The notes beneath the pieces were generated by a model that saw nothing but the letters and a program-made list of their open reading frames with translations, was not told the DNA's origin and searched no databases. This document shows positions 14,300 through 27,443 of a stretch of 64,000 bases of DNA, one piece after another (positions within the stretch are counted from its first letter, which is position 1; every line of letters begins with the position of its first letter). The stretch is from positions 62,001-126,000 of the forward strand of contig JAQGDQ010000193.1 of the NCBI GenBank assembly GCA_030141605.1. The letters are read 5' to 3'. The position numbers and the translations under genes are program-made. The DNA comes from Tubiluchus corallicola (taxonomy: Eukaryota; Animalia; Priapulida).

Positions 14300-15457
14300 A
14301 TGGAACACCAACAACATATTGACAGCTTATCTTACTTGTCAAGTGTAGTTAACCTAAGAGATTTCTTGAACACATGGAAAACTCACATTTTCAATGACAG
14401 ACACAAGTTATTTCAAACACAAGAACCACTGGCATCTAGTAATCTAACAGATGTTACTGACTTACCTGCTGCGACTGTCAGTGAGTTGAAACGAGTTTGC
14501 GATGAAAGCAATTTGCAGTTGCCGGGATTCAATACGACTTTACAGAACTTGGCAGAAATTCCTAGCAATGTGGAGCATGATCTTCTTACACTCAGATTAC
14601 AAAACAAAGAGCTGGAAAAGAGAAAAGAGGTTCCATCACATAAACACAAAATGTGGACCATCATGCGTAATCACCGTGGTAGTATAAGACATCAGAGGGA
14701 AACAAAGAAGAAGAAAATCTTATCGGTAGAAGACATTGATGTGGTTTTAACCATTCAGCTATTCCGTCCACTTTTGCCCTCCAATACTGCTAGAGTTAAA
14801 GGCCAGAGCACTCTCAGTTTAGACAGGGAAGTTATTTTTCTGGGCAAGCAGAAACTGTCAGAGCTACGAGATATTATTGCATGTCCTGCAGATGTTTCTA
14901 ATCTGACCGAAATTTCGGATAATCCACAGACCATTCCTGATGTAAGAGCTGTTGACCTATATCCTTCATCTTACTTATTCATAAACGACACATTCTACAA
15001 TGACACGCGTAATATAGAAGCCAGAGATCTCAGTTCAGACGTGATCATATGGGCACGTGAGAGAGGAATCCATGTAAACCCCATTCCCCATTCTATGGAA
15101 GAGACAACCTTTCTGGATTTAAGGATTCGCATTGGGTTGCCGTATGTATTTGTCCACCAAGGTGACTGTGAGCACCTAGTAGTATTCAGTGATTTGCGCA
15201 TTCTTCATCCTGATGATATTTTGGAAGCTTCTAGTTACCCTATACTCTCTTCGGTTTGCAATCGCAGACGTGTTATCTGCATTGTGTGCCGCATGTATAC
15301 GGCTAGATGGGTTACATATGAGGATAAGCTGTCTCCGCAGGATCCAGGATTTTTCTGCGATCAGTGCTTTCAAAGCCTCCACTACGATAAGGACATGAAT
15401 AAATTGGCTCCGTTTCGCGCGTACACATTTATCGACAAAAGTGCTGCAATGTTTTAA
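14300..15457 (+). CDS. SNAPC3: snRNA-activating protein complex subunit 3 (SNAP50), single coding exon
   Basis: 385-aa ORF with LGKQKLSELRDIIAC, SYLFINDTFYND, IGLPYVFVHQGDCEH and the C-terminal zinc finger CIVC..ARWVT..D..SPQDPGFFCDQCFQSLHYD. A 5' UTR acceptor lies at 14238-14239. Confidence 0.95.
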   Translation: MEHQQHIDSLSYLSSVVNLRDFLNTWKTHIFNDRHKLFQTQEPLASSNLTDVTDLPAATVSELKRVCDESNLQLPGFNTTLQNLAEIPSNVEHDLLTLRLQNKELEKRKEVPSHKHKMWTIMRNHRGSIRHQRETKKKKILSVEDIDVVLTIQLFRPLLPSNTARVKGQSTLSLDREVIFLGKQKLSELRDIIACPADVSNLTEISDNPQTIPDVRAVDLYPSSYLFINDTFYNDTRNIEARDLSSDVIIWARERGIHVNPIPHSMEETTFLDLRIRIGLPYVFVHQGDCEHLVVFSDLRILHPDDILEASSYPILSSVCNRRRVICIVCRMYTARWVTYEDKLSPQDPGFFCDQCFQSLHYDKDMNKLAPFRAYTFIDKSAAMF

Positions 15458-15727
15458 AAGTACAATAAGCTTGAATAATGCAGTAAGGAACTTGAGATGT
15501 TCAGTATTACGGAGTTCATGCACAAATTTTGGTGCTGTTGGTTACTTTATCTATGTGTATCGTTATTAGACAGTGTTTATTTTGTAAGAATTATTAAAAT
15601 TGTTTATCAATTACAAAATTTGGCTATTTGAGTGCCCATAACTGTGGATATGACTTGCAAAAATTAGTGAAGGCCACAAACGTAGATTTGGCACATGGTG
15701 GTGGTCGACATGCTTACTGCCAACTGC

Positions 15728-16048
15728 GAGTATATGTGCAGTGTTCCACCCACTGGTACTACCAGCATACATGTAATTCAATTAAATGACGCGAGTGTAC
15801 GTGCAGTGTTCCAGCCACTGGTACTGCCAGTATACATGTAATTCAATTAAATGACTGAGTGTATGTGCAGTGTTCCACCCACTGGTACTACCAGCATACA
15901 TGTAATTCAATTAAATGACGCGAGGGTATGTGCAGTGTTCCAGCCACTGGTACTGCCAGTATACATGTAATTCAATTAAATGACTGAGTGTACGTGCAGT
16001 GTTCCACCTACTGGTACTACCAATATGCATGTAATTTGATTAAATGAC
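15728..16048. repeat. Minisatellite, ~5 units of 64-65 bp with alternating A/B variants
   Basis: gagtRtaYgtgcagtgttccaSccactggtactRccagYatacatgtaattcaattaaatgac repeated; variants alternate. Confidence 0.92.
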
Positions 16049-17311
16049 ACTGTAGCATGCGCAGAAAGCTTGGCAGTCCACCAGCGCACCTAAAAGTTTC
16101 TCTGGTAACAAGCCAAGTACTCGCATATGAGTTGGTATGAAGTGACATGGTGTGATACTGTTGGATGTTTAAGTGCAAGCAGGGCATTTCTAACATCATA
16201 CCACAGCTATGTGTTATCTCGTCTCATACTTGGCAATTGGCGAAAAACACTCCTAAAATAATTTTATGGCAGTCAATGGCATCCATTGTGAATAGCATCC
16301 ATTTAACCAGCTATACACTGCCATATGTACAGGATAGGGTGCTTCAGGAAATGTAAAAAACAAAACCTAATATGAAGTGGAAAATTTAGTCACTTTGACC
16401 AATGGCCAAATAAAACCAAAGGAAATTAATTTAATCAAACTTGATAATTCACTTGTCTCGTCTATTGTCTGAGGTTTCTTTCCGTATTAAAAGCTTAGTA
16501 TATCCTGCGCACCCCTAGCAAAAGCCAAAATTCCAAACCCTGTATATGTAACAAATTGTAAGTTCACTTCATTGCAAAAGTAGTCGTACGATTAGACCAC
16601 ACAGTGCAGTGTCCTATGTTGACAGGTCTGGTGTACGTAGTACAATGTACTACAAGTGTGCAGTGTACACTATAGTGCCATGCAAATTGATGTAATAGAT
16701 ACATTTGATATTTTACTTTTTCATGGTGACATACATAGGGTGCTTGGCTTGGGCTCTATCACTTGTGGCATTTTACTATAGACATCTGCCTAGGACTGTA
16801 TATTTATAATATGCATTACTGTAAGGTCAAGTTTTAATTATTCGCTTGAATGATAAACATAATGAAACCTGTGTTTATTATCAAGCTAATTTTATTTTTG
16901 AATCTCATAGTTTATAAATCATATAGCACAAATTAAAACCCGTTCGGCCCAATTATACTGTTACATCTTCTTAAAAAGAGATCAACAGCATTCGATCTAA
17001 GATTAATTACATGTGCATGTTAAGAATTTGTAAATTTATAAAATTAAATAACATCTGAATGTACAAAAACCTACAAAAGTACTCGTATGTTACATATCAC
17101 AAGCTTTTATGAGAAACTGTGAAATAATTAAAAACAACAACTATTAGGTAAACAATTATACATTATAAAAAATAGTCAAATGTAATAATTTAACAACAGT
17201 AGAGCATTTAATCATGGCAAATTTAACAACGACTGATAAAAACAAATACAGTAATGCCAACTTTACACTGTCCCCAAACACAATAAACATTTTACTAGCA
17301 GCAACTAGATT

Positions 17312-20300
17312 TCATAATTTCTTGTCGTCACGAAGAAGCCAATACTCATCCGTCTGCATTTCATGTAGTCGTGATATCACACGTTCAAATGCAAAGATTT
17401 CTTCTGCACCGGTGAATAAACTGAGATTAGCATTCTCCTACAAGAGAAGAATGGTGTAAGGGAGTGTGCATTATTATTTGGAGCTAAATATTAATCCACA
17501 TTGCTTAAGCTAGTTCCTTTTGTTACAATGATTTTGTAACAAAACAAAATCATAGTTAACAGAGTTTTTTGGCTCTCAAAGCCCACTGGATTTCACTAAG
17601 ATAGATTGATACAAACGATTTTCACAAAAGCTTTTTTAACAGTCAGTACATTCTATAATGAATTTACTGTCAGTACAGTGAATTTCTACATTAGAGTGGT
17701 ATGATCACTTAGACATGCCGACGAGTGTTTGTCGATGAAACAGCATGCTAATTCATTGGTTCAATGGAGACTTTTTAAGGCAAGCAGTAGATGCAGCAAA
17801 TAATACAACTTTTTTTAGTAATGTGAACTCAAACAAAGCTTGTTTTGTTCCGCAGTCAAAACACTAATTAATCTCTATACAGTCAAACCTCTTTTACATC
17901 GCCTACTTTGGGGCTGCAAAAAAGTTTGCGTCAAGCACTTTTGGCATTATAACGAGTTTCAATAATACATACGTGTCTATGCTAATATATAGACATTTTG
18001 TTTTGCCAAAGATTTAGTCATTAAACGAAGGTGACTTTATAAAGGGAGCACTATAATAAGGTTTGACTGTAATTTCATCAAAATTAATTAAATGAAATAT
18101 CACCAAAAATTCACAATCTCAGTATAACTCCATTATAAATTTGTAAGGCATGTCAGTAACAGCATTATGGTAGCACTCTGTTGTTTTCACTCATGCAAAT
18201 TTAAAGGAAGAACGACAACTGATGTGGTGTAGATGGCAGCACCTTTTACTGATGTGATGTTACCAGTTACAGACATGATACGTGCAGACTAGAACTAACT
18301 GAAATAGCCACTAATGTTGACTGAGAGAGAGGTTCAAGTTTTTCTAAACAAGATCAAGTAACACAAAAGTCAAAAACGTTGCACTGGCAGCTATATAAGT
18401 AAATATAGTCAAAGTTATTAAAACAAAAGTGATCAGCCGCATCTGATAAACCCCTGTCTTATTAACAATCAAGAAAAGGCTATTTTAAATTTGACAAAGT
18501 GGTAAGATTATTAATTACTGCCCTCACAATCCAGGTTAGTCTCTCTTATATATGCTAGATATCTCAGAAGTGATTTTGAGATTTTTTTGCCTTTTGAAAT
18601 CACTTGTAAGAAACATACACATACTCTAGTAATGCCTAGATCTTCCATAAGTCTTCTGTTCTCGAAATGATCAGTTTCTGTTAATTCCCCTTCTTGAAAC
18701 AGCTCTGTACTTGGAACATCAGCTGAACATACTAATCTCACCTGAAATTATATAAATTAAATTATTAGAAAAGGACGGATTAAGATCAAAGCTACCAAGC
18801 TTTACATATTTTATGAAATTACAGTAAATATGACATACACATTTTAAAGAACCAATAACTTATTGTGTCTTTTCTTGACCATGTATGACATCATGTTTCA
18901 AACAATACATTATATCAGACCGTCTACTGAAATTGTATTGAACAAACAGCAGTCAATGAGCTATTAAGTGTTAAGAAAAATCTTCTTAAACATTAATTTA
19001 TTGCCACAACTTACACAGAAAAAGGCTCAATAAAAATATCGCTATTTAACCTAGATAGGTCTCACTTGAGATTAAAATTATTAATTTACAATGTTCGGAA
19101 ATGAACACCTGGTTTGTGGGTGGAACTTTACTCCAGACTACCTCATAATCTTCAGAAAAATCAATCTACAATCTAAGTGCTCAGACAGCTAAAGTCTCAA
19201 ATTGCAAAGAATTTATTGCAGAGAATATTCGCTTTTTCATAAATAGCATGCAGCATCAAATCTAAATTTAACCATTTGTGTTGTATTAACCAACTTTAAA
19301 CATCATGTTTTCCATAGCAATACAAAAAATTCTCAATCAGGTGTTGTGAAATGAAAAATAAATGCTAAAATAAGATTAACAGCTGAGAAAGAAGAGCTAA
19401 AGCTCTAATCCCAATGACAATTTCATGCATTTAGCTATAGCTAATTTACCTTGTTATCATACAATGTGTCAATAAGAGTAATAAACCGTCTAGCTGCTGT
19501 CTTGATGTTCAAACTCATCTGAGGTACATCTCTCAAAATTATCACATCAAATGTCTGACTCATCTGGAGATAATCTGCGGCACCCAATGGCTATAAAACA
19601 ACAACAAAACTCAAATTAGAAATCAATTTCAACAGTAAATGGTTATATTAATCCTCTTGTGTAATATCATTATAAGACCTCACACGTACAAAAATGATGC
19701 ATCTTGAAAAAACTTAGTATCTAAAGCATTTCCCTAAAAATTACTTTATCATTTTTCAAAATATAAAAAATAGAAAAAAGAACAACTTTTTAAGTTTGGG
19801 TGTTGCATCTAAAAAAGGCGATATTTGCACACATACATTCATGAAATTGGAAAAAGAGCATTCCATACATCTTTAATAATTTTAATTAAGAATGCACAAA
19901 GCTACTGACAACCAAACAAATTCAGTGCGAATAAAGTGCAGTAGTGGTGAAATTACAAACCCTTTTGCAAAGTTCATCAAACGAAGTATCTAGAACACGG
20001 CCACAGGTTTTCTGAAATTCAACATCTCGACCTTTCACCCTTAACTTCCTTTGCCTGGGCGAGTCATTTTGCTGGCTGCATAAACGCTTGAATAAGTTAT
20101 CCAAATGACTGTCGGCATTGCACATGGATTTACTAAAAGAAAAAACCAACCATTATGCAAACTCTAAACAATGAGACAGTACAAAAACTTCAAAAACATA
20201 CAAAATAGTAATAATACTAGAAATCCAACAAAAATCTTTCCTCTTTTATCAATCACTTCATTCTGTTTTTTCATCCTATTATAGCTAATCTATGTAGATT

Positions 20301-23300
20301 TTCTATTTATCACCGTTTTTCTCCTTTTTGAATATGTCACTGGACTATATGTCATAACAGCAGCATGTTATTAAAATCAGTTTCACCTTTTGGCAGTAAA
20401 CACATTCGATTCACTTAATAAGACAGGAATTTACAATGCTTTATTATTTTAAACTTTGCACTACAATTTTAACGTTGCAGAAAGCCAAATCCGATATTCA
20501 CTCTTCGAAGGGACTGGGCATAGCTCAGTGAATTTCTTCATACTAACCTAGTCGGGTATTTAACTGTAAGCGCATTCTGCATTTCTCAGTCCATTTTTCC
20601 TGTTTTTTATCTCACCTCACAAATGTTAAGAAGTTTATCCTTTGTTTGACACTGGTATTGGATTACGCAAAAATACAATAAAGACTAAGGAATGTGTCAT
20701 AAACAGAACTCAAAAGTTTTGCACTAGCTCACTTTCACAAATGTCATGAAATTAATCTTCCGGAATAGACTGGATAAAGGGTAACAACAGCTTATTCTAA
20801 GACAATGCAGACAATGACAATAATAAAAATAAAAACTAACGAACTATTGCCTATTATTATATTATAAATGAACTATTACTATACTCACACAAAGTATGTT
20901 TGTTCTGTGGGTTTATTTTGAAAGCGGTAGTCGACACCAGAGTCTAGAGGTACTGCCTTGCAGTGATCTTTCAGTATACCGATAAATGGTAGAAAATTCA
21001 CCCTCTGCAAACCATTCTTGTACAGCTCTGAAATACAGCAACAAGATTAAAAATAGTTAACCTTGAAAAATGCATTCCAGCCATTCCAATGCTAAGAGAG
21101 AATATGCACTTCACTAGTATCTTGCGGTTAAGCAAATATGTTGACGTAGAATGCTGACTATGCTCTTCAAAGTCCTTTGTGTACATAATATTGATACATT
21201 AATATGTCAATATGTTTACGCAGGCTAGTCAACTACGTCAGCAAGTCAGGAGATATAACGGCGGTATTATTATTTACATTACAATGAACATTAATACAAA
21301 CATATATAAGTACAATGTGACCTGCAAACAAACGTATGTCTGGTAATGTTATGTAGTCATTGCTGAAGTTATGGCAAAGATAAAACAGCTCAAGAAAATG
21401 TCAAAGTTCTGGTACATTAAGTAAATATGTAAGTTTCTTGCAATAGACTGAAATAAATGTTTTGATATTATATCACTACGGACGACGCTTATTTAAATCA
21501 TGCCTATGCCTATGTGTACAGAAGAAATATTAACTTAAAGTCTGTTTGTCCCCAAATTTTCATATAGTGTAGCAATTACTTCAGTTATACAAATCTCACA
21601 GGTAGTTATGAATACAACTATCACAGAAGTAGCATCTGTTGCATGCATAAATTCACACTTACCGTCAGGTGGACGATTAGAGGTAGCTATGACCACAACT
21701 CCCCGATCGAACAATTCTGTAAAGAGTCTTTTTAATATCATGGCATCTGCAATATCTGTAACCTAAAAGCAGAAAATAACTTTAAAAAATCATGACAGGA
21801 TTTGTAAATTTTGATGATTCACTATTTAAAATATCAATTATTCATGGAATTACAGTAAATTACAATAAACTCCTCATTAGGTACTTTGCAAGGCATTAGC
21901 TTTACTGTGTAAAACAAGCTAAAAATACCTGAAATTCATCAAAACAAAGAAGCCATGTCTTTTCACTAATGGCATCAGCAACTGGTGGGATAGGATCATA
22001 TGGTATTGGCTTTTTGGCTCCGTAGATTTTCGGAATGTTTTTCTTGATTTCATGTATTTCTGCATCAGAAGACAGCAGCGATTAATTGCAACGAAGATGT
22101 TTAAGTAACTTTTCAATACTAATATTACACATTTTGCTTACTTGCTGTTCTTAATTCAATTTGGGTTGGGTGGCTAAGAGGTGGTCAACATTTTGAACCG
22201 CAACCGCCTTGAGTTCGAGTCTAGCGCCTACCGATGCCAGTGTATATACCGTACGTGTTATGCATTATTTGCGTGTTGCATGCATACTTGTATTGTCATA
22301 CGTATAAGTAGCTAAATAGCCGTTAATGGTAATGTTGTCTGTTAAACAAGCGATGGTAAATAAATGTTGTCTTTGTCTTTATCATGTTTAAGTTCTGGCA
22401 CTGGATTGCTGATATCACCGCAAGGATGGAAATGAACTGATTATCACAATGTAACTCATTTGAATGATATTTGAATTTTTAGTAGGTCTCAACAAAAGGT
22501 ATAACTTTAGCCATAGGTCTACCTAATCATATGAGAAATGGTTAAAAGGTTACCTAAACAAATGTATGGGAATTTTAACACTTAAATGAAATTAACAGTG
22601 AGCACTGTGATGAAACAATATCATGCAGTATTGCCACTAAACAGTTTGAAGTTCATATCTAAGATAAGTTCAAATCTTGACACCTCCAAGTTTGAAGTAA
22701 AGTACAAGTTTGCCATTCGAAAAATCTGTGTGTGAGCAAAATTTTCTGCAAACAATGCAGTCACTAGCGTGAAAGCTGCCATATATATGGCACTGTGCAA
22801 ACAGCCTTGGCGTAGCTGTCTACAAATTTATCAGATAACAAACTAGCTTAATCAGCAAAACAAACACCATTTAACACGAAAGCACAGCATGATTCAAACT
22901 TAGCCAAGGACAGAGTACCTACACAGACACACCCCCGTTTCAGCCAATCAGATAAGCTGAATCAAACCAGCCCACCATCATTTTCGATAACAGGAAATGA
23001 TAGTAAACTGCTTTCTGTGTATTTGCATTACAACATTCCCAATAAGGTTACGAGTGGCTTTCGAAGTGGGATAGCCTCCACATACTCAAACACCAGTTGA
23101 AAATTCAAAGACAACACATTTCAAGATCACCTTTTTAAGATGCACAGGTGTATTTCACATTTAGATATTTTCTGATAAAGAGATTTAAAGTATTCACACA
23201 TATTTTGTGAAATAACACAAACATTGCACTTAAACTCAGACTATCTAGCAATTACGCTTGTAATCCCTTGATACTGACGTTATCGATGCTTCGACAAAGT

Positions 23301-25665
23301 GACACTTACTAAAATGTTTTGGAGAACAGCAGCTTAGTTGCGCTATGGCTGTTTATTACTAATAATTTTGGATAATTCTGAAGTGTGAATGGCTTAGTAG
23401 TTACGAAGTAGCGCTTGATGACCAAACTTAAAAATAGTGTGAAATAACCAGATATAGCTGACCAGTAACAGAGCAAATGATCCCGCTTTGATGCTGATTC
23501 TGGCTAAATACCTTGTAGGAGCTCACAGAGTATCAACCACGGTTGAAAAACACCTGCTAGTTCATGGCTCATCGTAGAGGCATAGCCTTAATAATGAATT
23601 AGGTCCCAGTTTTGCCACAGGCTTCCAATTTGAGTATGACCTGCCATTGAATGATGAATTTTGGCTTGCAGGATTCCACACTATATAAAAAAGGTATGAA
23701 AATACACTCACTGTTATGAACATCAAGCATGAACTTGTGGAAGTGAATTCGGAGTTTATTCTCAGAAGGTACTTTGGAGAGAATGTAGAACATGTCCATT
23801 AACATTGTCTTGCCTCCACCTGCACAATGTACAAATGAACACAATCATTGAATTATAATTAAGTGATTGTAACTATACAATTGTGATTGTGTTGTGTCAG
23901 GAAATGATTGCCTAGTCATGCAAAAGAAACAAAAAGGACTGACAAAACCGCAAGAAAAAGCATTTAATTTTGAGTAAAGAACACCGATCTTAACATCTAA
24001 TACTACCATTGTTCACAGTTCTAAGGCTATAAATGGACAATGATACGATTGATGGTGGTTTCCCAATGAGAATGTTGTCAAGTTTTCAAATACTCCTTCG
24101 ATTTTTGGCAACAAAAATAAAAATAATTTTGAAAAACAGATTAAATGAAAGATATGTAATGCTGAAAATATAAAAAAAACATGTTTATATATGACTAGTG
24201 AAAAGTTTAAAGTACAGTGGCTAACATTTCCTGACAACCCAATGACACCACATAGGTGTAAATCCAAAAATGTACTTATAAAAGCAAGAGGGTAATTTAA
24301 TAATAGCATTGTAAACTTATGGAAAAATAAAAAAAGTACCTACCTACACTTCCATAAATGTATAAACCCTTTGGTGCCTTTCTCTTGTTGTAGAAATGAA
24401 ATGCCTGCACACGAAAGAAAAACTTTAGTTAAAACAAAATTGGGATCACTGACATTTCAGTGGAACTGTCATGACTTTCCATGTTATTGTTATTTTTATG
24501 TAGAGCAAAAGTAAAAATAAAAAATGTCCCATGAGGTTGTAACTATTAAAACATTAACAATGACTATTTCAAAATCTAACATGAGTTCTCTTATAATACA
24601 TGCCTTCAAGTGGAAAAATACTATGACACACTTATATATCTATGTAATGAAAATCAGTAGAATAAAACACTGTGAATTTATTTATTATATGTATAATATT
24701 TATAATAAAAAGGCAGTAATAGGATGTTTTTAGACTGAAAATGCTGAAGAATACCAGTTAGAAAAATAAAGAGAAAGTTATCATCCACCTAGCTATCTAC
24801 TAACTACGAATGAAGAAGCAGCATTATTACCCTCTACTGGAAATACACAGTGTTAACTAGGTTTGCTTAAAATTAAACTGACAAACAAACGAATTTAAGA
24901 AAACACACACACACACACAAACAAATAAAATTAGAAAAAAATAAATAAAATTTAATAAATCAAGTCGGCTTCATAATGTTACAATTATGTTAACCAAAAA
25001 CTGAAATTTGACAATTAGTCCACAGGATTAGGTACCAAACCTGTGCTTACCCCAGAAACTAAAGAAGTGCCAACAGACCAAGCATGCTGCCCTGCAAGTA
25101 TACCGATATTGGCTACCTTATGAAACAACGAATAACGGTTTCCTGGTGTATATTGCTTTAATTTGGAGCAAACAGTGTCCAATTCCTGAACAACTTTTTC
25201 TTGATAATCGTCTTGCTTCAGTTCTCCCAGCATAACCTTGGCACGGTAAGCCTCCACTGGTGTTCTGCCATGGTGCTTAAAACCATCCTCCACAACATGT
25301 CTGGACAGACCTGAAAACACAAACAAGCACACACTTTACAAAATTCACTGAGTTAATTTGCAAAAAGTTTGCTACAAAATACAATAATTAATACATTAAT
25401 ACAGACTTGCAATACAAACAGTAGTAAAAATAAGATTAGCACTACCTACACTAAATGATTAGTCATGAAATTTTGCACATGCAGTGTGATGTTATTAAAT
25501 AATGGCCACTTACAAACATCTGTAATAAATATGCAACTGTTGCCGGCGCAAAACATCTAGTTTTCACTGTTCGAATGAATACAAACCTTCCGTGTGCAAA
25601 CAACTTGCCAAATACTGACATCGAGCTGATGCAATTGTTCGGGTCAGTGCTCTTATAGATGACAT
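17312..25665 (-). CDS. AFG1L: AFG1-like mitochondrial AAA+ ATPase (LACE1), 11 coding exons
   Basis: Exons 25665-25587, 25310-25117, 24404-24344, 23819-23712, 22059-21929, 21762-21663, 21027-20889, 20132-19961, 19590-19450, 18741-18625, 17437-17312 (TGA). Walker [35 protein letters not shown], Walker [65 protein letters not shown]. The N-terminus resembles a mitochondrial presequence. Confidence 0.95.
17880..18069. mobile_element. Short Tigger-like MITE
   Basis: TA|cagtcaaacct ... aggtttgactg|TA. Confidence 0.75.
22164..22240 (+). mobile_element. tRNA-derived SINE head (Pol III A/B boxes)
   Basis: gggtggctaagagg (A-box-like) and gagttcgagtc (B-box-like); no proper cloverleaf. Confidence 0.45.
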
Positions 25666-26099
25666 CGTTACAATGTGCGGTCTAGGCACAGCTTTAAACT
25701 TTTCAACGGTATGTTCTTTTAAACCTCACAAACAAACATTTAAACACAAGCAGCAACACTGTCACTGCTGTACCTACAGCATCAGCAGGTTTATATACAA
25801 GCGTTTAGATGATGACGTCATGACTCACGTGCGACCACAATACAAAGATCGATAAACAAAAATAATAGTGTGACAAATAGGTCAAGGACTGTAATTAATA
25901 ACTTTACGCAAAACAGAAAATCCGAAGCACGTTGTAATAACAAAACTAAACAAGGCAAACTATTGTGTAGAGTTTTGTTGTAAGTTTACTTAAAATTATT
26001 ATAACTATTTATCAGCTGGATGCGCCGTAAAGTGCCTGCTGTAGCTGACTGATTAGGCGTGAGGCAGTATTATTTTTGTCTTTTTTCTAATTATTTAGA
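25666..26099. promoter_or_regulatory. Bidirectional promoter shared by AFG1L and ACAA2, with a CRE/AP-1/E-box composite
   Basis: ATGs are 434 bp apart, head-to-head. TGACGTCA (25813-25820), TGACTCA (25821-25827) and CACGTG (25826-25831) abut or overlap. Confidence 0.7.
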
Positions 26100-27443
26100 A
26101 TGTCTTTACTGAAAAATGTGTTTATTGCTAGCGCAAAGAGGACACCATTTGGAGCTTATGGTGGCAAGCTAAGAGACCTCACTACAACAGATTTGGCTGT
26201 TATAGCAGGAAAGAGTGCGTTAGAAGAAGCTAAGTTATCTCCAGAGGGTGTTTCGTCTGTTATTATTGGAAACGTGGCACAAACGTCAAGTTGTGCAGCA
26301 TACTTGGCAAGGCACACAGGTATATTTGCTAATTTTGCTCTGCTTGTTCTTTTCTCGTGATTGTGATGTGATAACTTAAATGCGTTATATTAACTATAAC
26401 CTGATCATTGTAAGTTTACTTGTAGGTTTAAATTAAAAATATAAAAATGACTAGTACTAATACAAATAATTTCAGGACTAAGGTGTGGCACACCAGTTCA
26501 CGTTCCAGCTATAACTGTCAATAGGTTGTGTGGTTCAGGATTCCAAGCTGTAATTTCCGGTGCTCATGAAATTCAATTAGGAGAAAGCGATATTGTTTTA
26601 GCTGGAGGTGCTGAAAATATGAGCATGGCACCCTATGCCTTATGGGGTACTCGCTATGGCACTAAGTTTGGACAGCACTTAGAACTGAAATGTATAATGT
26701 GGACAACGTTAACAGACCAGTATACAAATCTACCCATGGGAATTACAGCTGAAAATCTTGCAGAGTTATATGGTATTACTAGGGAGCAATGTGATGAATT
26801 TGCACTACTTTCACAAGAGCGCTGGGCAGCAGCAAATGACTCGGGGAAATTTAAATCTGAAATTGTGCCAGTTGTTATAAAATCTAAGAAAGGTGACTTG
26901 ATTGTGGATACGGATGAGCATCCTAGGAAAACGACCATGGAGAGTTTATCTAAGCTGCCAGTTGTTTTTAAGAAAAATGGAACAGTCACTGCTGGTAATG
27001 CTTCTGGTGTTTGTGATGGTGCCGCTGTCATAATACTTGCAGGTGAAGAAGGTGTAAGGAAACATAATTTGAAGCCAATCGCAAAAGTTATCGGTTATAA
27101 TGTTTCGGGTTGCGACCCAGCTATAATGGGGATTGGTCCTGTCCCAGCAGTCAAGGGAGTTTTGGAACGAACTGGATTGAAACTGGATGATATTGACGTT
27201 TTAGAAGTAAATGAAGCATTTGCTCCACAATTTCTCGCTGTACAGAAAGAACTCGGGTTAGATCTGAAGAAAACAAACGTCAATGGTGGTGCCATCGCTC
27301 TGGGTCATCCAGTCGGTGCTTCTGGGGCCAGAATCATTGCAAATCTTACTTATGAATTACAGAAAACTCAAGGAAAGTATGCTCTTGGATCAGCATGCAT
27401 TGGTGGTGGACAAGGCATTGCAGTGTTACTGGAAAGGTGTTGA
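26100..27443 (+). CDS. ACAA2: Mitochondrial 3-ketoacyl-CoA thiolase, 2 coding exons
   Basis: Exons 26100-26319 and 26476-27443. AKRTPFGAYGG, YLARH, catalytic TVNRLCGSG, EVNEAFAPQFLAV, GAIALGHPVGASG, SACIGGGQG. Confidence 0.96.

Noticed and set aside
26070-26102. Splice acceptor (tttttctaattatttag) 1 nt before the ACAA2 ATG as a spliced-leader trans-splice site
   Set aside because: A consensus cis donor (gtaagt) at 25980 gives an ordinary ~119-nt 5' UTR intron.
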